Under the pieces are notes generated by a model that was not told where the DNA came from, searched no databases, and saw only the letters and a program-made list of their open reading frames with translations. A stretch of 64,000 bases of DNA. Origin: a virus. Location: positions 1 to 64,000 of IMG/VR virus record IMGVR_UViG_3300037851_000215. One strand, given 5' to 3'. The translations under genes and the position numbers were made by a program. The number at the start of each line of letters is the position of its first letter. Position 1 is the stretch's first letter. Below are positions 1-7,785 of this stretch, one piece after another.

Positions 1-14
1 AATTTATTTCACTT

Positions 15-452
15 ATGTCACTATTAAATCTTCCTTTATCTGACTTAGCAGTATCAATTAGATTATTAAATATACTTGCTTCAGCTAATATCACTACACT
101 TTCTCAACTAGTTGAAAAGAGTGCTAATGAATTAATGGCAATTCGATACTTTAGTAAAAGAAATTTGAAAGAAGTGTTAGAATTGGTAGAATTGTATGGA
201 TATAAATTAAAAATGAAACAGTTAAAAGCAACTGCAAAAGAAGATTGCAGTATAACTGTATCTATTAATCTAAATTCATTTAGTTCGAATAACAAGTGGT
301 TTGATAAAGGTGAAAGTATATCAGGAGATGTATATATAGATAAACCTTTACCTGGAATATTAAATAAATTAGGTAATAGAGAAGTAATATTCTATATACG
401 AGGATTTTATTATATTACTTATTCAAAGTATTTTGAGTATTCGGAGTTATAA
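15..452 (+). CDS. RNA polymerase alpha-subunit C-terminal domain (alpha-CTD) homolog fused to an unknown C-terminal domain
   Basis: aa 1-66 (LLNLPLSDLAVSIRLLNILASANITTLSQLVEKSANELMAIRYFSKRNLKEV..LYG) follow the alpha-CTD pattern LL..P..DL.LSVR..N.L....I..L.DLV......L.....FGKKSL.E. Confidence 0.8.
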   Translation: MSLLNLPLSDLAVSIRLLNILASANITTLSQLVEKSANELMAIRYFSKRNLKEVLELVELYGYKLKMKQLKATAKEDCSITVSINLNSFSSNNKWFDKGESISGDVYIDKPLPGILNKLGNREVIFYIRGFYYITYSKYFEYSEL

Positions 453-456
453 CTCC
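443..456. repeat. 14-bp perfect palindrome GGAGTTATAACTCC over the stop codon; possible hairpin or weak terminator
   Basis: Self-complementary sequence read directly. Confidence 0.5.
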
Positions 457-477
457 ATTTACTATACGATTGTCACT

Positions 478-588
478 GAATGATGCTATATCATTGCTGA
501 TAGTGAGAATAGCTGAATAATCACCTTGTATTAAATCATACTCTTCAGAAAGGTTAGATGTAAATATACAAGTAGCATCATTCTTTTT
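478..588 (+). ncRNA. Candidate structured RNA: perfect four-way junction followed by a U-tract
   Basis: P1 478-488/573-583 (11 bp), P2 489-493/498-502, P3 503-506/521-524, P4 525-531/566-572. All pairs are Watson-Crick with no unpaired junction bases; the region is intergenic. Confidence 0.55.
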
Positions 589-626
589 ATTAACTTTTGG
601 ATATTATTAATTTAAACTTAAATAAG

Positions 627-917
627 ATGATAAATAAAGATGATTTTACAGTTATAATGTGGCCTGACATACAGGATTACATGGATAAAGAAAGATTTGC
701 TGAAAATAGCGAATTAGTTAATGGTAATTTATTAGATGAATATGGTTCATCTGCTTATTTTGTACGTAACAGTTGGTTATGTAAAAATAGTAAAACATTT
801 ACTCAGGAAGAACTGATGAATGAGATTAATACATTCAGAAAAAACCATATTGGTATTTTAAATACTGGTGATTTGCAAACTTTAGTAAAGTTTGTAATAG
901 AATTGTTTGAAAAGTAA
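627..917 (+). CDS. Hypothetical early protein
   Basis: ORF 597..917; the ATG at 627 follows an AT-rich leader and is preferred to the TTG start. Confidence 0.7.
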   Translation: MINKDDFTVIMWPDIQDYMDKERFAENSELVNGNLLDEYGSSAYFVRNSWLCKNSKTFTQEELMNEINTFRKNHIGILNTGDLQTLVKFVIELFEK

Positions 918-923
918 TTGTTC

Positions 924-1007
924 GCCTACATGATGGAACTGGTAGACATAAAGGACTTAAAATCCTTTGAGCTTTTGCTCGTGCAGGTTCGACTCCTGTT
1001 GTAGGCA
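924..1007 (+). tRNA. tRNA-Leu (anticodon UAA)
   Basis: Acceptor GCCTACA/TGTAGGC with discriminator A; D-loop GG; anticodon stem AAGGA/TCCTT with loop CTTAAAA (TAA at 958-960); long variable arm GAGC-TTTT-GCTC; T-loop GGTTCGACTCC; followed by CTA rather than CCA. Confidence 0.95.
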
Positions 1008-1014
1008 CTATTGT

Positions 1015-1032
1015 TTAACTTAAAACTATTTA
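1015..1032 (+). repeat. 18-bp gene-leader repeat TTAACTTAAAACTATTTA (exact copy 1273-1290, 2-mismatch copy 1465-1482)
   Basis: Direct comparison; each copy lies 1-4 nt upstream of an ATG. Confidence 0.75.
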
Positions 1033-1036
1033 AACT

Positions 1037-1276
1037 ATGTACATTTTAACTACAATTAGAATTAATAACGATACTAAAGTATTTGAAAATACTGAAGAAA
1101 ATCGTTTTATGACAGAAAATGAAGTTATTAATGAACTTACTTCTGTTGGTGTATCTAATGAACAATTAACAAGATTTCATGAATTGGCACGTTATTGTTC
1201 ACTTACTATTCAAACTGTTATTACAACAGGTATTAAAAGAGGTACAAGATTTGTATATATTCATAATATTGGTTAA
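1037..1276 (+). CDS. Hypothetical early protein
   Basis: ORF preceded by the leader repeat. Confidence 0.7.
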   Translation: MYILTTIRINNDTKVFENTEENRFMTENEVINELTSVGVSNEQLTRFHELARYCSLTIQTVITTGIKRGTRFVYIHNIG

Positions 1277-1291
1277 CTTAAAACTATTTAT

Positions 1292-1468
1292 ATGGAAACT
1301 TGTATTATTTCTTTTTATCATCTTACCAATAAAAATCATTTTATTGAAGAAATTAAATCTTTTACATTATCAGAAGCTATTGAATATGTTCGTATTAAAT
1401 ACAATTATAATGTATTTATTTATGAAGCAAGATGGAAAAACTATAAAAATATAATTGATACATTTTAA
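1292..1468 (+). CDS. Hypothetical 58-aa protein (METCIISFYHLTNKNHFIEE...), not in the ORF track
   Basis: Translated by hand; starts directly after the leader repeat and fills the gap between neighbours. Confidence 0.7.
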   Translation: METCIISFYHLTNKNHFIEEIKSFTLSEAIEYVRIKYNYNVFIYEARWKNYKNIIDTF

Positions 1469-1486
1469 TTTAAAATTATTTAAATT

Positions 1487-1834
1487 ATGAAAACATTTAT
1501 TTCTATTTACATTAAAAATCATCCTATAGTTAGGAAGATTAAAATGTATCTTTTTCCAAAAAGATATATAATGAGTAATTACAACCTAAACGCTAGACGA
1601 GTTACTACTGTTATAGCTAATTGTCTTCCTAAAACAACTAATATTCGTTCATTACAAATAACAGATGTTAAAGTAGAAATTAAAAAACAGGTACATATTA
1701 CTATTACTTTAGCTAGACCTGGATTATTAATTGGAGAAGCAGGTAAGACAATTGATGATATAACTGCAATTTTATCTGATTATTATTCACGTACAGTTAT
1801 TATTCATATCAAAGAAAGTCATATATTTTTATAA
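1487..1834 (+). CDS. Ribosomal protein uS3-like type II KH-domain protein (stand-alone fragment)
   Basis: ITDVKVE..KQVHITITLARPGLLIGEAGKTIDDIT.....RTVIIHIKE matches the S3 N-domain signature (I.I.TARPG..IG..G..I..L........I.I.E). Confidence 0.8.
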   Translation: MKTFISIYIKNHPIVRKIKMYLFPKRYIMSNYNLNARRVTTVIANCLPKTTNIRSLQITDVKVEIKKQVHITITLARPGLLIGEAGKTIDDITAILSDYYSRTVIIHIKESHIFL

Positions 1835-1900
1835 TTAATATATTGCAGGTAGTGAAATTGAAAGTATAACTCTAATTAAAACATTAAATTAATTACAACT

Positions 1901-2080
1901 ATGAAATCACTTATCATTGTTGCACTCAGTCTTAGCATTGCTTTTACTTCATTTATACTTACTTTATTATTTAAAGATGTTGATACAAATGATATGAATG
2001 AAATAATAGGAACAATATTAGTAGTTGCACTAGACTTATTTCTTATCATATCATTAACCTTAACTTGTATATGTATATGA
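1901..2080 (+). CDS. 59-aa two-TM membrane protein, not in the ORF track
   Basis: MKSLIIVALSLSIAFTSFILTLLF..IIGTILVVALDLFLIISLTLTCICI; ATGA overlap with the next gene. Confidence 0.65.
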   Translation: MKSLIIVALSLSIAFTSFILTLLFKDVDTNDMNEIIGTILVVALDLFLIISLTLTCICI

Positions 2081-2388
2081 AAACAATTGAAATTCCTAAT
2101 TTAATTGTAACGACTAATAAAGGATTAAATCCAATTGATAGTCTTAGAATTGATTTAGCTAGTGCTTGTCATCAATTTCTCAATACTGAATTTAATATTG
2201 AAAGCGATGTAATAAAAGCTGCTGCTGCTCTTGTTATTGCACAACGTATTGCATTGCATTCTTATATTACAATAAATAAAGTACAACAATTTGCTAATAA
2301 TACTGTCAAAAATGATAATATTACATTAACAGAAGAAATAAATAATTTCAGTAAAAAATTTAATAAACATTTAAATTATGAAAAATAA
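2077..2388 (+). CDS. Hypothetical protein
   Basis: ORF 2065..2388; start at 2077 inferred from the ATGA overlap. Confidence 0.65.
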   Translation: MKTIEIPNLIVTTNKGLNPIDSLRIDLASACHQFLNTEFNIESDVIKAAAALVIAQRIALHSYITINKVQQFANNTVKNDNITLTEEINNFSKKFNKHLNYEK

Positions 2389-2743
2389 TTATTTTTCTAT
2401 CAGACATACCAATACAGTTGGTATAATATTAGCATTACTTGCATTTATATGCTTTGCTATTGCTTTTTCAAGTTGTTCTATTCTTTTTTATGAATCAGAA
2501 CCTATTCTTAGTGAAGGTGAACGTAGATACGAAGAATGGTGTGCTGAACAACGTGATTATTGGAAAAGAGTTTACGAATATACACAAACTGAAGAATATA
2601 AACGTAAACATGGTGGTATTAATAAAGCTGCTAAAGGTGTACATGATACTGGTTCAGAAAGTATTATTGGTACACGTGCCGATCAGCTTAGTACTATACG
2701 ATATGCTCCAGTTGTTACTCATTATAATTTTACAATAAAATAG
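2378..2743 (+). CDS. Putative lipoprotein or membrane-anchored protein
   Basis: Hydrophobic segment ending in a Bacteroidota-type lipobox (AFSS-C). Confidence 0.55.
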   Translation: MKNNYFSIRHTNTVGIILALLAFICFAIAFSSCSILFYESEPILSEGERRYEEWCAEQRDYWKRVYEYTQTEEYKRKHGGINKAAKGVHDTGSESIIGTRADQLSTIRYAPVVTHYNFTIK

Positions 2744-2803
2744 TTTTAATTCAGACACATTATTTATATTATTATTTGTAAAATTATTACTATTTCTATT
2801 TAA

Positions 2804-2835
2804 TTTGGAAAATTCAATTTAATTATTTATCTTTG
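2804..2835 (+). promoter_or_regulatory. Bacteroidota housekeeping-sigma promoter (-33 TTTG, -7 TATCTTTG)
   Basis: TTTG 2804-2807, 20-nt spacer, TAnnTTTG 2828-2835; ATG only 5 nt downstream. Confidence 0.75.
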
Positions 2836-2840
2836 TAATT

Positions 2841-3116
2841 ATGGATGGATTTATTAAAGCTAATACAATATTAGTTACTGTAAAAGATGTTCGCACGAGT
2901 TGTGGAATTACATATGTTCGTGAAGGAAGTATCATTAAAGTAAAAAGTGATTCTAGTGAATATAAAGAATCTGTTAGAATATTTCGCAATCAGAAAGCTG
3001 AAAGTGATGATAATTGGCATAATGTACCTAAAGATTCAGTACGTCTTGCTAAAGAAGTAGAAATACGTATGTGGGATAAAGAAATTTATTTTGTTACATC
3101 TGTTAAAACATACTGA
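2841..3116 (+). CDS. Hypothetical protein
   Basis: ORF directly downstream of the promoter. Confidence 0.7.
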   Translation: MDGFIKANTILVTVKDVRTSCGITYVREGSIIKVKSDSSEYKESVRIFRNQKAESDDNWHNVPKDSVRLAKEVEIRMWDKEIYFVTSVKTY

Positions 3117-3117
3117 T

Positions 3118-3582
3118 ATGACACTTACACTTTCTTCTCATGTATTGAGTATTCTAATACTTAGTGTTATTTGCGGTTTTGTTGGATTTGGATTTAGACG
3201 TATGCAAGACGATGGTATGATATTTGAATGGTATAGAAATATGCTTATTAATATTAGAAATGCTAAAGTTAATACACCAGCTTTATGCATTTCTTTATTT
3301 ATGGGGGGTGATACAACTAATTCAAATAGATTTACTATATGGCTTCTTTCAAAGGCAATTAAAATCGGTATGATTAACACTCCTTATATTATCAGAGAGC
3401 TTTTAAAACCACTTGGTTTGTGTGAAATATGTAATACTACATGGATAGGTATAATTAGTGTAATATTATTAACTAAAAAATATACTTGGATTACTCTTTT
3501 AGATTGTGTCTTTGTAGGTGTTGCAAGCGCTGCTGTTGTTATTTTAATTAGCAATTATTATCATAAATTACAACGTGAATAA
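3118..3582 (+). CDS. Membrane protein with CxxC...W motif (DUF1360-like)
   Basis: Three hydrophobic segments; KPLGLCEICNTTW; ATG 3118 follows the previous stop. Confidence 0.55.
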   Translation: MTLTLSSHVLSILILSVICGFVGFGFRRMQDDGMIFEWYRNMLINIRNAKVNTPALCISLFMGGDTTNSNRFTIWLLSKAIKIGMINTPYIIRELLKPLGLCEICNTTWIGIISVILLTKKYTWITLLDCVFVGVASAAVVILISNYYHKLQRE

Positions 3583-4027
3583 AATAATAAAGTTATCTAA
3601 TGGAATAAATATAGCTATCATTGGGAATGTATATCCATTACTTCTTGATGATGCTATGTTTATTCCTAGATATATCAATCCAAATAACATTCCTGATATA
3701 TATGTAACTGGAAATAAAAATGTAATCAAATCTGTAAATAAAAAAACAGTTATGATTGCTGATGTGGTGTTTGATATAGCTGATTGGGTTAAAGATGAAT
3801 TAGATATGTTTACTGAAGAAGTATTATTAGGCAACATTGATTTTGTTATAGCTAATTCAGTTCAATTATTTCCTGCTTATAACTACTTGAGGAGTATTAA
3901 TAGCTCACTTGAATTATATACATTTGATGTATTAGATAATGTTAATGGAATGGATATAGCACGTATAAATTTATTTCTTAAATTTAATCTCAATTTACCA
4001 GTTTATGATAACTTTAAGAATTACTAA
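3575..4027 (+). CDS. Hypothetical protein
   Basis: ORF in a tightly packed operon. Confidence 0.65.
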   Translation: MNKIIKLSNGINIAIIGNVYPLLLDDAMFIPRYINPNNIPDIYVTGNKNVIKSVNKKTVMIADVVFDIADWVKDELDMFTEEVLLGNIDFVIANSVQLFPAYNYLRSINSSLELYTFDVLDNVNGMDIARINLFLKFNLNLPVYDNFKNY

Positions 4028-4553
4028 ACAGAACTTTGTTAAACATAGTTTTGTTATATTTAAAGGTACTTCTGTACAAAATGCTCTTAATAGTTTTGGT
4101 TTCATAAAAGAAATTAAAAATAATAGAGTATTATTATGGTGGTATGATAATTTCGTTCGTAGTGAAGAATGGACTACACTAATTAATTTACAAAAAGATT
4201 ATAGAAGTGTATATCCATATTATAATAATCATCAACTACGTGGTAATATATGGAAACATAGCTTTCTTACTTTATTAAATCGAATAGATGAAAATAAAGG
4301 ATTTAGTAAAATTGTAGTTGATAAACTAACTTACAAGAAAACTCCCCATAAAAATGATAATGTGATTATTAGTAATGCTGTTTTTGTTTTAAATAATAAT
4401 ATAACTAAACTTGAAGGTAAGATAGTTTATATGTATAAAAAGACGAAAACTTATAAAGTAGTTACTGTTGAAGGTAGTTATATACTTAGACGTAGTAATT
4501 TTACTTTATTACCACAAGATTATTTCATTCTTTTATCTATAAGATGTAATTAA
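4005..4553 (+). CDS. Hypothetical protein
   Basis: ORF in operon. Confidence 0.65.
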   Translation: MITLRITKQNFVKHSFVIFKGTSVQNALNSFGFIKEIKNNRVLLWWYDNFVRSEEWTTLINLQKDYRSVYPYYNNHQLRGNIWKHSFLTLLNRIDENKGFSKIVVDKLTYKKTPHKNDNVIISNAVFVLNNNITKLEGKIVYMYKKTKTYKVVTVEGSYILRRSNFTLLPQDYFILLSIRCN

Positions 4554-4554
4554 T

Positions 4555-4779
4555 ATGAAAGTAGAACTTAAAGATGTAGAAGAAGATTATACTACTTGCA
4601 ATTTTTGTAATATATCAATAGAGCATAATACTGATAAGGGAATTGTATCAAAACGTCCATATACTAAAGTAATTGAATTTAGCAATACTAATAATTATCC
4701 AATTGTAGTCAGTATTTGCAAAAATTGTTTATTTGAACTATGTGAAAAAGGAGTTGCTTTATTTAATAGATGTCATTAA
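4555..4779 (+). CDS. Small zinc-finger protein
   Basis: CNFC ... ICKNC pairs. Confidence 0.6.
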   Translation: MKVELKDVEEDYTTCNFCNISIEHNTDKGIVSKRPYTKVIEFSNTNNYPIVVSICKNCLFELCEKGVALFNRCH

Positions 4780-5171
4780 ATATGTTATTTAGTTTTATAA
4801 ATAAAACTGTTGATACAGTTGTTAGAACTCCTGGACGTAAAGTCAGTGCTAGAGTTAAATGGAAGTGCAAAAAAGAAATCTTTGTTGCCATTGTAAATAA
4901 GATTGAATATCCAATTTATAATAGTAATGTACTAGATAAAGATTATATTTTTGCACTTCCTAGTAATACGTTTGTTCCTGCATGGACTAAACGTAGTTAT
5001 TCTATTGTCAATCCAGATGCAGAAGTGTTAGCAATGACTCTTCGATTTTGGGGTAAATACTTTGATAATATGATTATTTATGGAACAGTCGCTAATAATA
5101 TTTTTTATGAAACCAGATATATAAAAGAAATTAAACATGAACCCGATATTTCAGAAATTGTTACAGAATAG
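4770..5171 (+). CDS. Hypothetical protein
   Basis: ORF in operon. Confidence 0.6.
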   Translation: MSLNMLFSFINKTVDTVVRTPGRKVSARVKWKCKKEIFVAIVNKIEYPIYNSNVLDKDYIFALPSNTFVPAWTKRSYSIVNPDAEVLAMTLRFWGKYFDNMIIYGTVANNIFYETRYIKEIKHEPDISEIVTE

Positions 5172-5475
5172 TAGTGGAATTCGTCCTTTTTTAGAATGGT
5201 ATGTAATGAAATATAAAACTATTGAAGTATTTCAACATTTACCATTTACTCATCAAATTGGCGTTTATCTTGAATATTTTGAAGAGATATATAGTTTAGT
5301 TGTATTAGTCAGCCATGTAGGATATAAAGTACAATTTAAAGATAAACGTAATATGATACAAGTTAATCCTGAATATAATCATCATAGATTTACTCATAGT
5401 GAACCCAAGAGTATTATATATGGATATGAACTTGCTATATTTTGGTTATTTGAAAATTTTGATTTACCATTTTAA
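5137..5475 (+). CDS. Hypothetical protein (C-terminal DLPF)
   Basis: ORF in operon. Confidence 0.65.
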   Translation: MNPIFQKLLQNSSGIRPFLEWYVMKYKTIEVFQHLPFTHQIGVYLEYFEEIYSLVVLVSHVGYKVQFKDKRNMIQVNPEYNHHRFTHSEPKSIIYGYELAIFWLFENFDLPF

Positions 5476-5482
5476 AATAATT

Positions 5483-5692
5483 ATGTTATATTTAGAAAAA
5501 AAAGCTATTGCTGATGCATATATAGCTAAAAAAACAGGACTTCTTGGATGGGATGATTTATCTGATATGAATAGTTTACATGATTGTGATACTCAAGAAG
5601 ATATAATCGCTGCTTGTGATGCCAGACTAAGTGAAGCTGGATTTCCAGATAATGAAGATGAATTAAGTTTTTCAGATTTTTGGTATGACTGA
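5483..5692 (+). CDS. Small acidic hypothetical protein
   Basis: In-frame ATG at 5483 within ORF 5399..5692; D/E-rich. Confidence 0.65.
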   Translation: MLYLEKKAIADAYIAKKTGLLGWDDLSDMNSLHDCDTQEDIIAACDARLSEAGFPDNEDELSFSDFWYD

Positions 5693-7157
5693 TTTCAAAG
5701 GTAAAGTAGCTAAATACAGTGGATATAATTTCACTAACAGTCAAGAACAAGCATTAGATGCTTTAACTGATTGGTATAATAATCCTGATGAGATTTGTTT
5801 TACACTTAAAGGAAGAGCTGGTACAGGTAAAACCTATATTCTTAAGTATTTTCTCAATGATATAGTTAAACAATCTGTATGTGTAACAGCTCCTACTCAT
5901 AAAGCTGTAAGACAAGTAGAACGTAGTACTGGTCGCAAAGGTAAAACATTGCAAAGTCTTCATGGATTACGTCCTAATATTAATTTAGAAGATTTTGATT
6001 TAGATAATGTTAAATTTGATACATTAGGAGTACCTACAATTAATAACTATAAATTAGTAGTTATTGATGAATGTAGTATGATTAATCAGTCATTGCATGC
6101 ATTAAATTATAAACGTGCTAAAGACCTTAATGTTAAAATTCTTTACGTTGGTGATCCTATTCAACTTCCACCTGTAAACAGAGGAGAAAAAGAATCAGTT
6201 GCTAGTCCTACATTTAAAATTAATTCTTTTGAATTAACTGAAATAATAAGACAAAAAACTGATAATCCTCTTACTAAATTACTTCAATTATTAGTATATG
6301 ATGTACAAAATAATAGTAGTAATTTTTATTATTACTTAAAAAAGTATCCTAAGATAATAAATGAAATAGGAGAAGGATATATTACTTATACAAATCACTC
6401 TGAGTTTTTAAAATCAGCTATTGATTGTTTCAAAGATAGTAAATTTAGCGATGATCCTGATTATGCTAGATTAGGTGCTTGGAAAAATGCTACAATATTA
6501 GCATATAATAAACATATTCGTAATACTCTTATTCCTTATTTTAATGAATCATTTAATAATGAAGTAATTGATTATAATGATTTATTAATTGGATATAAAA
6601 CTATTACTGATGAGTTTAATGATTTAGTTATTACTAATAGTGAAGATTATGTAATTAAATCTATTGTACCAAGAACAGCACAAGATGGATTTGCCAGCTA
6701 TGGTATAACTATTGAACCAAGGCATGGTGGTAAAGCTGTAGATATCAATCTAGTCAATCATTTAGATGAGTCATTTAGAGTATTTTATGAAAAGATAAGA
6801 CAATATTACTTTAAAGCTATTCATGCTCATTATAGTGATAGACGTACTAAATGGCGAGAGTATTTTGATTATAAAAATTCACATTTAACTCTTGTTGATT
6901 TTCCTATCATGGAAGGAGATAAAGTAAAGACAGTTGTAACTAAAGATTTAGATTATGCTTTTAGTTTAACTATACATAAGTTACAAGGCAGTACTATAGA
7001 AAACGTATTTATTGATGTACATGATATGTTATATTATAGTACAGGTAAAATTGTAAATAATACTCCTTTTGCTCCAAATGCTATAGAAATTAGAAATAAA
7101 CTAATTTATACAGCAATAAGTAGAACTAGTAAAGTTGCACATATTTATTTAAAGTAA
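5685..7157 (+). CDS. SF1B DNA helicase (Dda/RecD-like)
   Basis: Walker A GRAGTGKT, APTHKA, DECSM, GDPIQLPPV, LTEIIRQ, TIHKLQGST, YTAISR. Confidence 0.93.
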   Translation: MTDFKGKVAKYSGYNFTNSQEQALDALTDWYNNPDEICFTLKGRAGTGKTYILKYFLNDIVKQSVCVTAPTHKAVRQVERSTGRKGKTLQSLHGLRPNINLEDFDLDNVKFDTLGVPTINNYKLVVIDECSMINQSLHALNYKRAKDLNVKILYVGDPIQLPPVNRGEKESVASPTFKINSFELTEIIRQKTDNPLTKLLQLLVYDVQNNSSNFYYYLKKYPKIINEIGEGYITYTNHSEFLKSAIDCFKDSKFSDDPDYARLGAWKNATILAYNKHIRNTLIPYFNESFNNEVIDYNDLLIGYKTITDEFNDLVITNSEDYVIKSIVPRTAQDGFASYGITIEPRHGGKAVDINLVNHLDESFRVFYEKIRQYYFKAIHAHYSDRRTKWREYFDYKNSHLTLVDFPIMEGDKVKTVVTKDLDYAFSLTIHKLQGSTIENVFIDVHDMLYYSTGKIVNNTPFAPNAIEIRNKLIYTAISRTSKVAHIYLK

Positions 7158-7158
7158 A

Positions 7159-7323
7159 ATGAAAGTACATAGAAAGTATAGTAAAAATAGAAAACATTAC
7201 ATTGGTTTAGAAACCAATATAGAAACTGCTATAGGTTTAGGATTAGCTATTGGTGTTGATTCTAATGCTTTTGTTGTTCACTGTTTATTTTTATGTTTTA
7301 ATTTAAGATTTGAAATAAAATGA
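7159..7323 (+). CDS. 54-aa hypothetical protein, not in the ORF track
   Basis: MKVHRKYSKNRKHYIGLE...FNLRFEIK; fills the gap with an ATGA overlap into the next gene. Confidence 0.55.
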   Translation: MKVHRKYSKNRKHYIGLETNIETAIGLGLAIGVDSNAFVVHCLFLCFNLRFEIK

Positions 7324-7631
7324 AAGACAAACAATTTTTCAAGATCGAAATTGAACATGATTTAACAAATGTTATAGATGTAAATTATTATGTAATTGTT
7401 GAATTTACACACAAAAATAATAGTAAATCAATAACTAGACATAATAATGGATTTGAAGGATTTAGATTATTAGGTCTATTACAATGGTGTGTAACAGAAA
7501 TTACTAATATGTTAATACCTAGAAAAAGTGATTTCACACTAATCAAACGTACAGGTAAATATGGCACTAAATTTGAAATGATAGAAAAGAATGACAAAAC
7601 TAATTCAACTGACAAAACAGTATCCAAATGA
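7320..7631 (+). CDS. Hypothetical protein
   Basis: ORF in operon. Confidence 0.6.
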   Translation: MKDKQFFKIEIEHDLTNVIDVNYYVIVEFTHKNNSKSITRHNNGFEGFRLLGLLQWCVTEITNMLIPRKSDFTLIKRTGKYGTKFEMIEKNDKTNSTDKTVSK

Positions 7632-7785
7632 TACAGATTTAGGTAAGGAAGTTCGTAAATATATAAATGAGATTAATTCTAATGAACGTCTTAAATTAAG
7701 TATGTTGATATTAGATTTAAATTCAAACGATACTATTTATAAAATTCTTCTTTCTAGACTTAAAACAATAGAGTTAGATCAATGA
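7591..7785 (+). CDS. Small hypothetical protein (YPND..LG..VR motif)
   Basis: ORF; motif typical of small phage proteins. Confidence 0.6.
   Translation: MTKLIQLTKQYPNDTDLGKEVRKYINEINSNERLKLSMLILDLNSNDTIYKILLSRLKTIELDQ

Noticed and set aside
476-583. Hammerhead or hairpin ribozyme identity for the four-way junction
   Set aside because: CTGAATGA and CTGATAG do not fit CUGANGA, and the hairpin-ribozyme loop A/B consensus is absent
1179-1454. Track ORFs 1179..1454, 2439..2738, 17443..17721, 44538..44744 and the antisense ORFs (e.g. 3568..3837, 44246..44563, 53030..53527, 61878..62189)
   Set aside because: Shadow frames overlapping better-supported genes
1842-1870. tRNA-like start TGCAGGTAGTGAAATTG
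   Set aside because: No anticodon arm, T-arm or acceptor partner; at most a remnant
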